NCBI GenBank assembly: GCA_013239625.1
Contig: MU053559.1
Span: forward strand, 372,001 to 436,000
DNA from: Lama guanicoe
Taxonomy: Eukaryota
Reading direction: 5' to 3'
DNA length: 64,000 nt
Below, piece by piece: positions 24,910 through 38,443 of this stretch. The position numbers and the translations under genes are program-made. Every line of letters starts with the position of its first letter. Positions within the stretch are counted from its first letter, which is position 1. The notes below the pieces were generated by a model. That model had not been told where the DNA came from and made no database searches. It was given only the letters and a program-made list of their open reading frames with translations.

Positions 24910-26258
24910 TTTTTGGAGGGGGGAGGTAACGTTTCATTTATTTATTTTTGATGGAGGTACCAAGCCCAGGACCTCATGCATGCTAAGCACGCATTCTACC
25001 ACTGAGGTATACACTCCCCGCCACTTCCCCTTTTGTGAACTCATCTAGTCTCTTATTGGTCAAGCTGGTTCAAGTTCGTTTCTGTAACTTGCAGACAAAA
25101 GCATCTTATCTGATAAAGGTTTTTCAAAATCTTTTTTTTTTACTTAGAGAATTATGAAAAAATTAAACGTAGAAGATGTTGTGATGAAAAATTTAGCTGA
25201 AGTTCAGTTTTTTTTTTTTTTACGTTTTGCATTCATGGCAGGCAGTATAATGGTCCCACCCCCAAAGATGCTCATAATTCCCAGAACCTGTGACTAGGTT
25301 ATGTTACATAGCAAAAGAGAATCAAGTTTTCTGATGGAATTAAGTTTGCTAATCAACTGACCTTAAAATAAGGAGATTATTTTGGATTAGGTGGTGGACC
25401 CAATGTAATCACAAGGTTCCTTAAAAGTGGAAGAGGGAGGCAGGAGTGAGATGATGCGAAAATGCAGCTGACGTTGTTAACTTTGAAGATGGAGGAGGAA
25501 GGCCAGGAGCTGCAGGAATGTAGGGGCCTCTGGAAGCTGGAAAAATCAGGAAAACAGAATTTCCCCTAGAGCATCTAGAAGGGAATGCAGGCCTGCTGAC
25601 ACCTTGATTGGAGCCCAGTAAGACCCATGTCCGGATTTCTGACCTCCAGAACTGTAGGGTACTAATTTGTGTTGCTTTGAGCCACTAGCTTAGTGGTAAT
25701 TTGTAATAGCAGCAATAGGAAACCAACAGAACATTCATTTATTTTTCTTCTGTTAATTTAATTGAAGAGAAACACAACACCTTTTAGTTCAACTAACTTG
25801 TATAACACAAGCCGATTTGTATAAATTGCTTTTATTTCTTTTTTGTTTGCTTGGTTTTTTTGAGGGGGAAGATAATTTGGTTTATTTATTTATTTATTTT
25901 AATGGAGGTGCTGGGGATTCAACCCAGGACCTCATGCATGCCAGGCATGCACTCTACCTCTGAGCTATACCCCTCCTCTTTCCTTCTCGCTGACTCTCCA
26001 CCCACCAGTCTTGCTTCCTATCCATGTACATGTGGAGAAAGAACATGGCGAGAAAAATGGTTATTTCTTGGTAGTGGGATTTAGAATGATTTTTTTTTAA
26101 AAAGAAGTTTTAATCTTTGTGCTTTTCTGCACTATTTTATTTTGCATTTTTAAATTTTTTGTGGTTTTTTTGGGGGATAATTAGGTTTATTTATTATTTT
26201 AAAAATTTATTTATTTAAAAAAATTTTAGGGGGGAGGTCATTAGGTTTGTTTGTTGAT

Positions 26259-26297
<39 letters not shown>

Positions 26298-26385
26298 TTA
26301 CTTTTTAAAGGAGGTACTGGGGATTGAACCCAGGATCTCCTGGATGCTACACAGTATCTGCTCTACCACTGAGCTATACCCTCCT
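24910..26385 (-). mobile_element. Cluster of three antisense Vic-1-type SINEs (~24910-25019, ~25855-25975, ~26160-26385) around an MLT1-type LTR (~25240-25730)
   Basis: Each SINE has gaacccaggac...ctctacc.ctgag.tatac. The LTR has cccagaacctgtgactaggttatgttacat...cagcaataggaaac. Confidence 0.8.
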
Positions 26386-26596
26386 CATCTGCATATTTTT
26401 TTTGTAATGAGCAGGCATTTTTTTTTTGCCAAAACAATAAGGCCATGATTACATACAATGTTCATTGCCAAAGCCCTTACTGATGCCCACGGCCACCACT
26501 GAGCAATCTATCCACGCATGTGAAGTCTCCCCACATGCAGCCTACTCCTTCCTCCTCTACCCCCATCTTAGACAAAGAGAGGAAATTTGTCTCTGG

Positions 26597-26980
26597 CTGT
26601 TATGGGCTGAACTGACCTTCCTAAATTCCTATGTTGAAGCCCTCATTCCCAGTAGCCCAGAATGTGACGGTATTTGGAGATAGGGCCTTTAAAGAGGGGA
26701 TTAAGTTAAAATCGGGTCATTAGGGTGGGCCCTAATCCAGTCTGATTTATATCCTTATAAGAAGGTAGATTAGGACAAAACATAGAGGAAAGACCATGTG
26801 AGGACTCGGTGAGTAGGTGGCCGTCTGCAAGTCAAGGACAGAGGCCTCAGGAGAAACCAACCCTGCCAACACCTAGATCTTGGGCTTCCAGCCTCTAGAC
26901 CTGTGAGAAAATACACTTGTGATGTTTAAGCGAACCAGTCTGTGGTATTCTGTTATGGCAGCTGGAGCAGACTAATACAC
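26597..26980. mobile_element. MLT1A/B-type LTR
   Basis: tgttatgggctgaactg...gtatttggagatagggcctttaaagagg...ctgttatggcagctggagcagactaataca. Confidence 0.85.
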
Positions 26981-28555
26981 TGGCATTACCCAGTACTTTG
27001 CTCCAAAGAAACAAGTTCTGTGTGATAATAATTTTAAAATATGTTATGTTCTCAGAGAGTTGATTTCATTCCTCAAAGATACTTCATTTTCACTGTCTTG
27101 TAACCTCCTAAGAAACCCGTAACAGATCAGAATGGTGCTTATGAGTCTTTATTTGACAGAAGGAAAAACAGGCCCATGGGGGACACAAGACGTGGCCAAA
27201 GTCACACAGCCAGACTGCGGATCTCCAGATGCCAGCCCTGGATGTGGCATAGAAACACTGAGATCAGGAAAATGTGCGAAGTGGGCCAAGAATTCTATCT
27301 TCTTGTCTAAGACGGTCCATCAAATCGTTTTCTTCTGGAAGAATCACATTTGATTTTGGCCCTGATATTGAAGACAGCCTCATCCTATTGTTCAGAGAGC
27401 CTTTTATAAGTAACAAAAAGCATTGAAAACATTTTTAAAAATTTGCTAATGTGAATTTTATGGATACAAAACCAAACTGAACCCTTCCTGGCTCTCCCCG
27501 TTAACTCAAGTTTGTGAAATTTTAATGGATTTTTTTAAAAAAACATGCTTATTAGTCAGACTATGGTTTAATCTTTAAATGAGGATCTAAGCTGCTGATA
27601 TTCCCATTAGGACTTTTATTTAAGCTGAGAAAATATTCACCAATCATACCTGGGCTTTACAGGCGAGTCTCTATGAGATGGTGAGGTCAGGGGTCATGCA
27701 GGGCCGTGGGGCATCAAGTGAGATATGAGGGGCTGGGTTGGGAGCAGGGGCTACAGGACTTGCCCGAGAGCTGTTGCTCCACACTGGGGATGAAGAATGG
27801 GGGAGCTAGTGCCAAACTGCTAGCCAACCTGCTAGCCAACCTGCTAGCAAACCCTCACCTATATTTCTCCCTGACCCCTCTAGGTTCACAGAGAGCCCAG
27901 TTGGTAGGGGAAGGTGAAGATGGAGTTAGGGGTGGCTACCCCAGCATGTCCCAAACTCAAATGCCTGTGGGGCTCAGCAATTTCATGAATGAAGCCAGAC
28001 CGGCAGTGGGCACAGGGGGCTTTAGGGACACCATGCCTGATCTAGAAGGGCAGCCACCACCCAGCTCCCACCCACTGCTGCTGTACAGGTGGTCAGATCT
28101 TCCAGTATCTCAGTGAAAAGCCAGATACTGCAGTTTAGTAGAGAATCTTTTACTTTTTAAAGGTTGATCACTAGTTAAATTAAAAAAAAATCCTTTGTTG
28201 ACACAACATTGTAAAATGATTATAAATCAATAGAAAATGTTAAAAAAAATCCTTTGCAGCCAGTAGACAAGTGGGCAAAAGATTTGAACCGGCGCACCGC
28301 GGAAGAGGAAGCCCAAATGTTCAATAACCATGTAAAAGATATTCAACTTCATTATTCACTGGGGAAAAGCAAATTGAAACCACAATAAAGAATATCACAC
28401 AATATCACATTGGTAAAAACAAACAAACAAACAAAAACAAACAAACAAATTTAAGATAATTCTTTATGCACTGCTGGTGGGAGTGAAACAGGATTCCACC
28501 ACTTCGGAAAACCATTTGGAAATGCTTAAGAACGTTTAAAGATATACATCTCCTG

Positions 28556-28712
28556 TGGGGGAGGTTATGGCTCAGTGGTAGAGCTCATTCTTAGCATGCG
28601 CGAGGTCCTGAATACAATCCTCAGTACCTCCATCAAATAAATAAATAAATAAACCTAATCCCCAACGCCGCCCCCCGCCCCCAAAAGAAAACCGAAACAA
28701 GGGAAAAAAAAA
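28556..28712 (+). mobile_element. Vic-1-type SINE within an old L1 fragment
   Basis: ggggggaggttatggctcagtggtagagctcattcttagcatgcgcgaggtcctg plus AAAT tail. Confidence 0.85.
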
Positions 28713-28819
28713 ATTTGTGATCCAGAAATTCCACTTCTCCAGGCACACTAGGGAACAGAGAAACATTGTGGAATACATCTACTTATCGCTGGGTGATAAA
28801 TGCCCAGTCCTTAAAAGAC

Positions 28820-29058
28820 AGCCAGTGAGAAACCCTCCTGAAAGCCAGCCAATCAGAGACAGGCTTACGTTCTAGACAACAGCCAATCAGCAAGGGCTCA
28901 CTCCCGCCGCCTGTTTCGAAAGTTTACTCCAGCGAGCACCAGAACACGCTGCGAAGTCCATCCCGTGCCTCCACGTTCCTACTTCTCTACGTCCGCCCAT
29001 CCCTCTGGCTTCGTTCTGAAAACTATGCTTTACAACTTACTCGCTCTCACAGGTAAAC
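28820..29058 (+). promoter_or_regulatory. Putative NF-Y/CDE-CHR-type promoter with first-exon splice donor
   Basis: AGCCAATCAG twice (CCAAT at 28849 and 28883), CGCCGC-ctgt-TTCGAA (28905-28920), CpG-rich, and donor CAG|GTAAAC at 29053. Confidence 0.5.
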
Positions 29059-29194
29059 GTGATGTTCACTTTATTTGCAGCAGACAGCAAGTTCACAGCC
29101 CTTATGGTCAGTTATGCATTCCCACGTACTACGAGATGATCACGTCCAATCTTTACAATTCTTGTGGTGGTTGCTATTAGCTGTTTTTTAATTT

Positions 29195-29900
29195 GTGTAT
29201 TTGAACCCCAAAACGGTAGAACGCTGGTGTAAGTTTCGTGGTGAATTTACTAACATTAGGCTTTTTTTAAACGAGGGAAAAGTCGTTTTGAAGCTCTTTG
29301 AGCCGTACGGAATCGTTCCTTCAATATCAAAAAGTGGTAGAAAGTCAGATATAAACCAACATAGCACAGTTAAGTATAAGCGATGTATGATTTCTTCAAG
29401 TCGTATCGTAGAAACTGATAAAATAATTTTTTGATAAAGGAATTCATATTAAGAAGATGAATTAATCACGGCAGAAGTTGTAATCGCCGTACATTCTATA
29501 TCGTTATTATTTTTTCAGCTTAAATCACTGTTTGAATGTACAGCTACCAGAAATATTTTCTGATTTCAAAACTACAAACTAATTTTCAAGTGCCGGGATG
29601 AAATCCACTGCGATAATAACAAAATATAATAGCTCCATTTCCTATTACAAATATTATGAAAGAGCTAAATACCTCACCTTTTTCTGATGTAACAGTGAAT
29701 GCACGTAATCACAATGCAGAGGGAAAATGTCCCCTTTGCTTATGCAATATTTTTCTCATGAAAAAGTCTTGCTCATTAGGCTCTTTCTAGTAAAATCCTT
29801 TCCATTTGAGAATTCAGAAGCAATAGAAAATTTTTGCAGAGGCTTTCTTATTGAATTAGGAGTTAATGAAAAAAAGTTGTACTGGTTTTGGTGCTTTCAC
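29195..29900 (+). mobile_element. Degenerate hAT-superfamily transposase fossil (N-terminal half), truncated by L1
   Basis: Frameshifted translation PKTVERWCKFRGEF...SISKSGRKSDINQH...EDELITAEVVIAVH...FSSAGMKSTAIIT/IIAPFPITNIMKELNTSPFSDVTVNARNHNAE/KMSPLLMQYFSHEK...ENSEAIENFCRGFLIELGV follows the hAT pattern ISHGGRSDI..H / AE...YH / FSCARTK..AII..V.AP / DASNH...K.FP..IQYF / E.SE.I. Confidence 0.7.
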
Positions 29901-30934
29901 TTGAAAGAGACTTTCAATTTCATTGATGTTTTTCAGGAACTGACATTTGGCTCCACTGATATTTTTCTATTGTTTTCCTGTTTTAAATTGTAGTGATTTC
30001 TGTTCTTATCTTTATTATTTCCTTCCTTCAGGCATATTTTTTCTAGTTTCCTACATTGGAAATTTAGATAATTGATTTGAGAACTTTCTTCTTTTTTTAA
30101 GAAACATTTTAATGTTGTTAATTTCCCTCTCATCACTACTTTAGCTATATCCCACAAATTTTTATTTGTTGTATTTTCATTTTTATTCAATTCACAATAG
30201 TTTCTAATTTCCCTTCTGATTTCCTCTTTGACTCATGGATTATTTAGAAGTATCTTGTTTAATTTCCAAATATTGGGGGATTTTCCATATATATTTCTTT
30301 TATTGATTTCTAGTTTAATTCTGTTATAGTTAGAGAACATATTTTCTGGGTTTTAAAACTTCTAAATTTGTTGACGTTTGTTTCGTGGCATAGAATATGG
30401 TCTGTTTCAGTGAATTTTCCATGTGCACTTGAGGAGAATTTGTATTGTTTGTATTCACTGTTGGTTGGAGTACTCTATAAATGTCAGTTAGGTCAAATTG
30501 TTTGGTAATGTTGTTCAAGTCTTCTCTATCCTTACTGATTTTCTGTCTACTTTTTCTCTTTATTACTAAAAGAAGACTGTTGAAGTCACTAATTATAACT
30601 GTGAATTTGCCTGTTCCTCCTTGCATTACTATCAGTTTTCACTTCATGTATTTTGAAGATTTGTTAAATGAATATACATTTAAGATTGTTATATCTTCTT
30701 GGTGAATTGACTGTTTTACTATTAGATAATGTCCCTGTTTATTCCTGATAATTTTCCCTGTTCTGATAGTTACTTTGTCTGATAGTAATATAATCTCTCC
30801 ATCTTTTATCCATCCTTTTCCTTTTGACTTGTCTATATCTTTATATTTGAAGTAGTTTATTGTAGAAAGTACATCGTTGGATCTTGTTTTTAAAATACGT
30901 ATATATAATCAGAAAGCTTCTGTCTTCGAATAGA

Positions 30935-31145
30935 TGAGTTTTATGGCCTGTGAGCTGACCGGCTATTATTATAAATAACATTTTATTGGAACACAGAAAA
31001 CACCCATCCATTTACTATTGTCTATGGCTACTTTTGCACTATGATAGCAGAGTTGAATAGTTGTGAGAGAGACTGTACAGCCTGCAAGCCTAAGATATTT
31101 ACTATCTGGTCCTTTAAGCAAAAGTTTGTGGACCCTGGTTTAGAC
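30935..31145. mobile_element. MER58A-type hAT MITE
   Basis: ttttattggaacacag...ttgtctatggctacttttgcactatgatagcagagttgaatagttg...atttactatctggtcc. Confidence 0.8.
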
Positions 31146-31194
31146 CATTGACATTTAATGTGATTATTGATGTGATTAGATTTATTTTTCAGTG

Positions 31195-31680
31195 ATTTTT
31201 TTCTTTTTTTAATTGAGTTATAGTCAGTTTACAATGTTGCATCAATTTCTGGTGTACAGCACAGTTTTTCATTTATACATCAATATACATATATTCATAT
31301 TCTTTCATATTCTTTTTCACCGTGAGCTACTACAAGATCTTGAATATATTTCCCTGTGCTATACAGTATAATCTTGTTTATCTATTCTATATATACCTTC
31401 CAGTATCTATAAATCTCGAACTCCCAGTCTGTCCCTACCCACCCTCCTCCCCGCCGGCAACCACAAGTTTGTATTCTATGTCTGTGAGTCTGTTTCTGTT
31501 TTATTTTTAAGTTCACTTGTCTTCTGTTTTTTTAATTTAGATTCCGCATATGAGTGATATCATGCGGTATTTTTCTTTCTCTTTCTGGCTAACTTCACTT
31601 AGAATGACATTCTCCAGGGACATCCATGTTTCTGCAAGTGGCATTATATTGTCATTTTTTACGGTTGATTAGTATTCCAT
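31195..31680 (-). mobile_element. Younger lineage L1 3' end
   Basis: Poly-T start, then ttacaatgttgcatcaatttctggtgtacagc...tttccctgtgctatacag...tagattccgcatatgagtgatatcat. Confidence 0.8.
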
Positions 31681-33527
31681 GATGTGGTTGGATTTAGGGC
31701 TGTCATTCTATTATTTGCTTTCTATTTCCCCCTCCTTCTTTTGTTCCTCTATTTCCCTTTCTTATTTTCTTTTGGATTGTTTGAATACTTTTTAGGATTC
31801 CATTTTAATTTATCTATCAGACTTTTGGCTATATCTCTTTGTAATAATTTTTAGTGATTGCTCTAGGGATTGCAATGCATATACCTAATCTTTCACAGTC
31901 TTTTTAGAGTTGATATTTTGCCACTTCAAGTAAAATGTGAAAGTCTTGCGACCGTTTATTTCCCTTTACCCTGCTCCCTCCTGTTATATTGTCATATTTA
32001 TTACATCTATATACTCTGAAAACATCAACACTGAGGACATTTTTGCACAGAACAGTAATTCATATTTTAAAGAATTTAAGAGGGGGAAATGAGTCTTCTA
32101 TATTTACCCAGAGATTTACCATTTCTGTTGCTCTTCCTTCATTCCTGAAGTTCCAAGTTTCCCTCTGGTATCGTTTTTCTTTATCATTTCTTGTAGAACA
32201 GGTCTGCTGTTGACAAATGCTCTTAACTTTCTGTCATCTGAGAATGTCTTTGTTTTGTTTTCATTTCTGAATGTCATTTTGGCTGACTGGAATTCTGAGT
32301 TGACTGTGACTTTCAGTACTTTAAAGAAGTTGTTCCACTGCCCTTTGGCCACTATATTTCTGATGAGAAATATGTGGAATTTGTATCATTTTTCCCCTAT
32401 GGGTAATATGTTGTTTTTCTCTAACTGCTTTCAAGATATTTATCTTTTGGCAGTTTGATTATGATATATTTCTTTGAGTTTATGCTGCTTGGGGATCATT
32501 GCATTTCTCGAGTCAGTTAATTTATGCCTTTCATTGAAGTCTGGGAAAGTTTTGGCTATCATTTCTTCAATTTTTTTCCACACCAGTATCATCCTCTATC
32601 TGAGGCTTCAATGGAATGAATATTTGACCTTTTGAAATTGTGTCATAGATTCCTGAAGTCCTGCCCACGTTTTCCAATATTTTTCTTTCTGTTCTTCAAA
32701 TTGGAGAATTTCTGTTGACCTATCTTCAAGTTCACTGATTCCTCTGTCATATCTATTCTTCTATTGAGCCTGTCCCGATAAATTTTTATTTCAAATGGTA
32801 TATTTTTGGTTCTAAAATTTCCAATTAGTTTTTTTTAATAGTTTCTCTATAGTTTTTATATACTCTATAGAGTGTATATTTAAAATAGTTTCTTTGATGG
32901 GACTTTTAAAAAATTCTATTTTTTATTGAAGTGTAGTTGATTCACAGTGTTAGTTTCAGGTGTACAGCAAAGCAATTCAGTTATGCTATTTTTTTCTTTT
33001 CAGATTCTTTTCCATTATATGTTATTACAAGAAACTGCATGTAGTTCCCTGTGCTATACAGTATGTCCTTGTTGTTTCTCTGTTTTATATATAGTCATGT
33101 GTATCTGTTAATCCCCAACTCCTATTTTATTAAAAATAGTTTTAAGACATATTTCTCTACTGAGAACTTCTATCTTACCATTCATTTCAGTGTGTTTACC
33201 TTTGCTTCATGAGATATGGTTGACATAGCTTTTTTACAATCTTTTAAAACAATCTTTGAGAATTCTAACATCTGAGTCATTTCGTTTTGGTACCTGTTGT
33301 CTATTCTCTTGAGAATTGGTTGCATTTTCTTGGTTCTTCATAGGTACAGTAAGTTTAGGTTATATCCTGGACATTTAAAATCTTGTGTTGTTTAGACTCT
33401 AGGTCTTCCTAAGCTCTGAAAATAATAGTTTATTTGTTTTTTATCAGACAATCCACTTGTTTGGGTTCAAACCACAAGTTTTGTCTTGCCTTCTGTGGGC
33501 AGTACTTCTTATGTCAGTTCCATTTTC

Positions 33528-33752
33528 TTTTTTTAACATTTTTTATTGATTTATAATCATTTTACAATGTTGTGTCAAATTCCAGTGTTCAGCACAATTT
33601 TTCAGTCATACATGGACATATACACACTCATTGTCACATTTTTTTCTCTGTGAGTTATCATAACATTTTGTGTATATTTCCCTGTGCTATACAGTATAAT
33701 CTTGTTTATCTATTCGCGGAGGGTGGGAAGGGATAGACTGGGATTTCAAAAT
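33528..33752 (-). mobile_element. Short young L1 3' end with 5' inversion and 16-bp TSD
   Basis: Perfect TSD tgtcagttccattttc (33512-33527 and 33753-33768). The segment from ~33716 is in the opposite orientation to the equivalent part of the L1 at 31410-31450. Confidence 0.8.
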
Positions 33753-36700
33753 TGTCAGTTCCATTTTCAAAGCTTTGTCGTTCTGTTTGGATCTGCTCAT
33801 GCAAGCCTGAGGCTTGTGTCAATTTACACACAGAATTAGGGGGTTCCTTTCTCTAGCTCTCTCCTCTGCGGAATTGCCCTCCACATCTCCAGCCTTCAGG
33901 GGCCTGTTTTCCTCGTCCTCTGGCCAAAATGATGCCATTTCTCCCGGAGATTTAGCTGCCTACACTGCTGCCGTAGAGTTCTGACCTGGGGCCACCATTA
34001 GGGAAAAGCCAGGAGAGAAAAAAGAAAAAAAAATCCCCAGAGATTCCCACTACTTCTTTCCACACTCTTCAGACTATAGTCGGGCATGTGGTTCTGGGTG
34101 GGAGATCCTTATACTGTTTGAAGATCGTTCTCCAGAATGTGTGATCTCTCAGCTCTTTAGGGGTTTTTAATCTGAATTAGGATTTATTTTAACTATTTGG
34201 GCACTTGTGACAAAGAATTTGGGAACTCTGAACTGTGTGTATGTGTCTGTGAACTATCTGTGTCTGTGTATATGGGTGAGGTCCCTGAGAACCTTTGGTT
34301 TCTGTGTCCCATGAAATGAAGTCCCTAGGTTGTTTGGGGTCTATTTCCAGGTATGAAGTCTCTATTCCTTTTGAGGGTATCAGTCCCAGGGTGTGATGTT
34401 TCTGACTTGTTAAAGTACTGTTTCCAGTGACTGAAGTCTCTAAGCCATTTATGAGCCAGTATGCCAAGGTATGAGATCTCTAAGGTGTTTGTGGTTTGTG
34501 TACTTGGGCGTGGGGTCTCTGAGCTATTTTGGTGTCCAGATCTTAGGATGTAAAATCTCAGAACTCTTTTAGCATCTGTCTTGCATGGTGTAAAGTTCCT
34601 GAACCATTTGGGGGATGCTTTTAGGCGTGATGTTTCTGTTCTTTTTGAAAAATCTCAGTTCCAAGGCTGATGTCTCGGATTAATTAGAGCCTGGGTGATT
34701 AATCAGGGTATGAGTTATCTGGACTGTTTATCAGGCTGTGTCACAGGATTTGAGGTCTCTGGACTGTTTGGGGTGTGTATATCGTGGTATAAGGTCTCTG
34801 GAATATACGTGGATATGTGTCTCACAGTGTGAAGTTTCTCAGCTCTTTGGGGATCTCTTTCTGTGGTGTGAAGTCTCACAACTGTGGCGGTCTGTGCCCA
34901 GGGTATGAAGTCTCTGAGATGCCTTGTGGTTGCTGAGGGTCTGTTTCCCAGGATTGGAATCTCTTATATTTTGTGTACCAGGTTGGGAGACCACAGACCA
35001 CGTACCAGCTCTGTGCCTTACGGTATGTTGTTTCTGAACTCGTTTGGAATGTTTGTCCAGGGGATGAGCTATCTGAAATTGTATGCATTTTTTTCTTAAG
35101 ACTTTAAGGTCTTTGAACTATGTGTAGGGTTTTGTCCCATAGTGTGAGGTCTCTGCGGTGTTGGGCGTGGGGTGAGGGGCTCTGTCCCAAGGTATGAGGT
35201 CTCTGAGCTGTTTGGATTACTGCATCCCTGGGTGTGTTCCACAGTGTGATGTCTTGGACAGAGAGGACACAGTCCATATCTGTGTCCTAGCACATGAGGT
35301 CTCTGAGTTTCTCTGGGATGTTTGTTAATGGTACGATGGTTATGAATGATTTTTTAGTCTGAGTCCAAGAAATGAGGTCTTTTAGCTTTTTGGGGTTCTG
35401 AGCTGTCTGAATGGTATGAAGTAAGTGTGTTCTTTTGGGTCTGTGTTCCATGCCATGGAATCCCTGTGTCACCTGGGGTGTGTTCCAAGGTGTGAGGTCT
35501 CTCATGTTTTTGGTGGTTTCTGTGTAAGGGTGTGATGCCTCTTACTAATAAGTGGTCAGTTAGATTTTGATCAGGTTTGGGTCTCAAGTCGTGGGTTTGT
35601 TTCTTTACCAATCGGTTTCCATGAAGTTTGTGATTTATTTAGGAGCCTGTTTGAAATCTGCTACCAAGGTAGGAGGTTTACGAACAGTTTTTCTGTGGTC
35701 TGTGTCCAAGGTGTGAGATGTCTGAACTCTTGAGGTGACTGGTGATTGTGCCTAGACTGCAAGGATTCATTGTGGGGGGTCTGTACCCCATTGTGTGAAA
35801 TCTCTGGAATATTTTTGGATCCTAATCCCAACATAAGAGGTCTATGAATTCATAGGCATCTGTGTTCATGGCCTGAAGTCCCTGAAATGTTTTATGACCT
35901 GTGTCCAAGGGTGTGAGTTCTCTGAACTGTTTTGGGTCTAGGTCTCAGGCTGTGAACTTTCTGAGATTTGGGGATCTATGTCCAGGGTATGAAGTCTCTG
36001 TGCTGTTTTGGGTTCTGTGTCACATGATGGAAATTCTGAGCCATTTGGGATATGTTTCCAGGTGTGAAGAGTCTGTTCCTATTGAAAATCATGGTCAAGG
36101 GTGTGATGTCTCTGACCTTGTTCTGTTTCCAAGGGGTGGGGTCTCTGAGCTATTGTGTATGACTGTGTAGAATCACTGTCTGTTCATGGGTTTGGGTTCC
36201 AGACCATGAGATCTCTGAGCTGTCTGGGGTTTTGTGTTCAGAGTGTCATGTCCTCTGAGCTGAGGTACTTGCCATCTGTGCCCCACAGAGAATTGCTTGG
36301 GCCATCAGGGGGTTGGGCATCCTAGAGTGAGAGCTGTCAGAGCTGTTTGGGGTAGGTGTTCGGGCCTGAAGGTCTGTGAGGTATTAAGATTCTGTGTGAC
36401 AGGATGTGAGATCTGTTTTGGATTTTCCCTGAACTCATGAGGTCTGTGAGGTTGGATGGGAGGAGCGGGTGGAGAGAATGGTCCGGGTCCAAAGCTTAAG
36501 GCCCCAGAATTGTTTAATGCTATGCCCAGCATGTGAGATCTCTGAGCTCTTTGGGACACTGTGTCTCAGGGTGTGAGGTCTCTGCAGTGTTTCTGGGTCA
36601 TTGTCCCAGCCTCTGAACATCTCCGAGCTTCTTGGGAATCTGCATCCAGCATACAAAGCCTCTGAATTGTTTTATGATCTGTGTCCTAAGTGTGTGAGGT

Positions 36701-38309
36701 CTTTGTGGTCTTGGCATCTGGTAGCATGGAATGAGATCTCTGAGGTGCTTCTATTCCTGTTTGTCTCAGTGTAAGTTTTCTGAGCTGTTGAGAGTGTATT
36801 TTTCCTAGCATGTGGGGTTTGGGGCTCTTCTGGGGTGTGGGTCCAGGGTTTAAGTTTTCTGAACTTTGTGGGAGTCACTGTCAAGGATATGAGACCTCAT
36901 AGCTCTTATGGGTCTAAAGCCCATCACTGAGATCTTTGAGCCATTTGGCAGAAGTTTCCAGGTGTGAGATCTCTGATGTTTATGTGGGTCTCAGTTACAA
37001 GAATGAGGTCTTTTATTTATTTCTGGGTGTATTTCCAGAGTCTAGGGTTTCTGAGGTATTGTTGTGAGTGTGTATTGCCATGGTGTGATGTCTTTATGGT
37101 GTTTCAGAGTCTGTGTCTGACGTGTGAGGTCTCTGAACTGTTTGGGGTCTGTGTCCAGGGTGTGAGTCCCCAAAACTGTTTTAGCCTTTGTGTTCCAGGG
37201 CGTGAGGTGTCCAGACTCTTTGGATTCTGAGTTCCATGTGGTGACATCCTTGAACTGTTCGGGATGTGAAATCTCTTTTCCTTTCAGAGATATCAGTCCC
37301 AGGATGTGGTGTCTCTGTCCTGTTAGGAATTCCTTTCTTGATTGTGATATCCCTGTCTTATTTGGGGTCAGTTTCCAAAATTATTTATGGGGATGTGTCA
37401 CGAGGTAGGACATCTTTATTTTCTTGGTGGGTCTCTATCCCAGAATGTGCGCTCTCTGAAATGTTTTAGAGGTCTGTGTCTAGTGTATAAAGTCTATCAG
37501 GTGTTGAGTACCTGTGTCTGGAGATCTGTGAATGTTTGGGTTTCTCGGTCTTAGTGTGCAGGGTGTCCAAGTTCACGTGCATCCTGAGTTCCACGATGTG
37601 AGATTTTTGAATAATTCATTTCCAGGCATGAGTTTGCTGCTCTTTTGGGTGATCTCAGTTCCAGGGAGTGATATATCTGATCTGTTAGGGTCCTGTGTCC
37701 AGGCACCGAGGTCACTGAGTTCTATCAGTGTCTCTTTTCCAAGGTGTGAGGTGTCTGTGTTTTTGAGTATGAAGTCTCATTAGCTGTTTAGAGATCTGTT
37801 TCTGTACTATTTGGGGTTCCATGTCTTGTCCCAGGGTATGAGGTTCCTCAGTGGTTTGGGAACTTATGTGTGGGGTGTCACCTTTCTGAGCTATTTGGGG
37901 TCAACATCCTAGGGAATGGGATCACTGAAGTGATTATGAAGTTATGATTTGGGCCATGACGTTTGTGCCACAGCTCTCTGAGCTGTTTGGGTGTGACATC
38001 TCTGAACCCTTTGCGGGGCTGGTGCTCATCTGATGTCTTTGAGCATTTTTCCCCCACTTGCTTGCCCATTAACAGCAGGTACATGTGTCGCACCCTCATT
38101 CTGTTTGTGTCCAGGACTCTGAGTTGTTTTGTGCTCTATGTCAAGAGTCTGAAGTCTTTGCCCAGGTTTCTTATGTAGATCCCAGGTGGTGAGGTCTTTG
38201 AGCTCTTTTGGGGTCTGTGTCCATGGTATGAGGTATGTGAGTCTGTGATCGGATGAGATCTATGAATTAACTGGTTATCTGTGTCTTGTTACATGAGTTC
38301 TCTGATCTT

Positions 38310-38443
38310 TTTAATTTAGTTTAATTTTAAATTAGTCTTTTTTGGGGGGTGGACGTAATTAGGTTTATTCATCTATTTATTTAATGGAGGCACTGGGGCC
38401 TGAACCCAGGACCTTGTGCACTCTACCACTGAGCTATACCCTG
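38310..38443 (-). mobile_element. Vic-1-type SINE (internally deleted) in the array
   Basis: taattaggtttatt...ggaggcactggggcctgaacccaggaccttgtgcactctaccactgagctataccc. Confidence 0.8.

Larger units (their letters stand above)
29915..34030 (-). mobile_element. Old L1 (ORF1 to ORF2 endonuclease region) with nested younger insertions
   Basis: Minus ORFs: KNLWDIAKVVMRGK and ISDFNSLL...RQKISKDREDLNN...DLTDIYR (ORF2 EN); QWNNFFKVLK...KTFSDDRKLRAFVNSRPVLQEMIK (ORF1 C-terminus). Confidence 0.9.
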
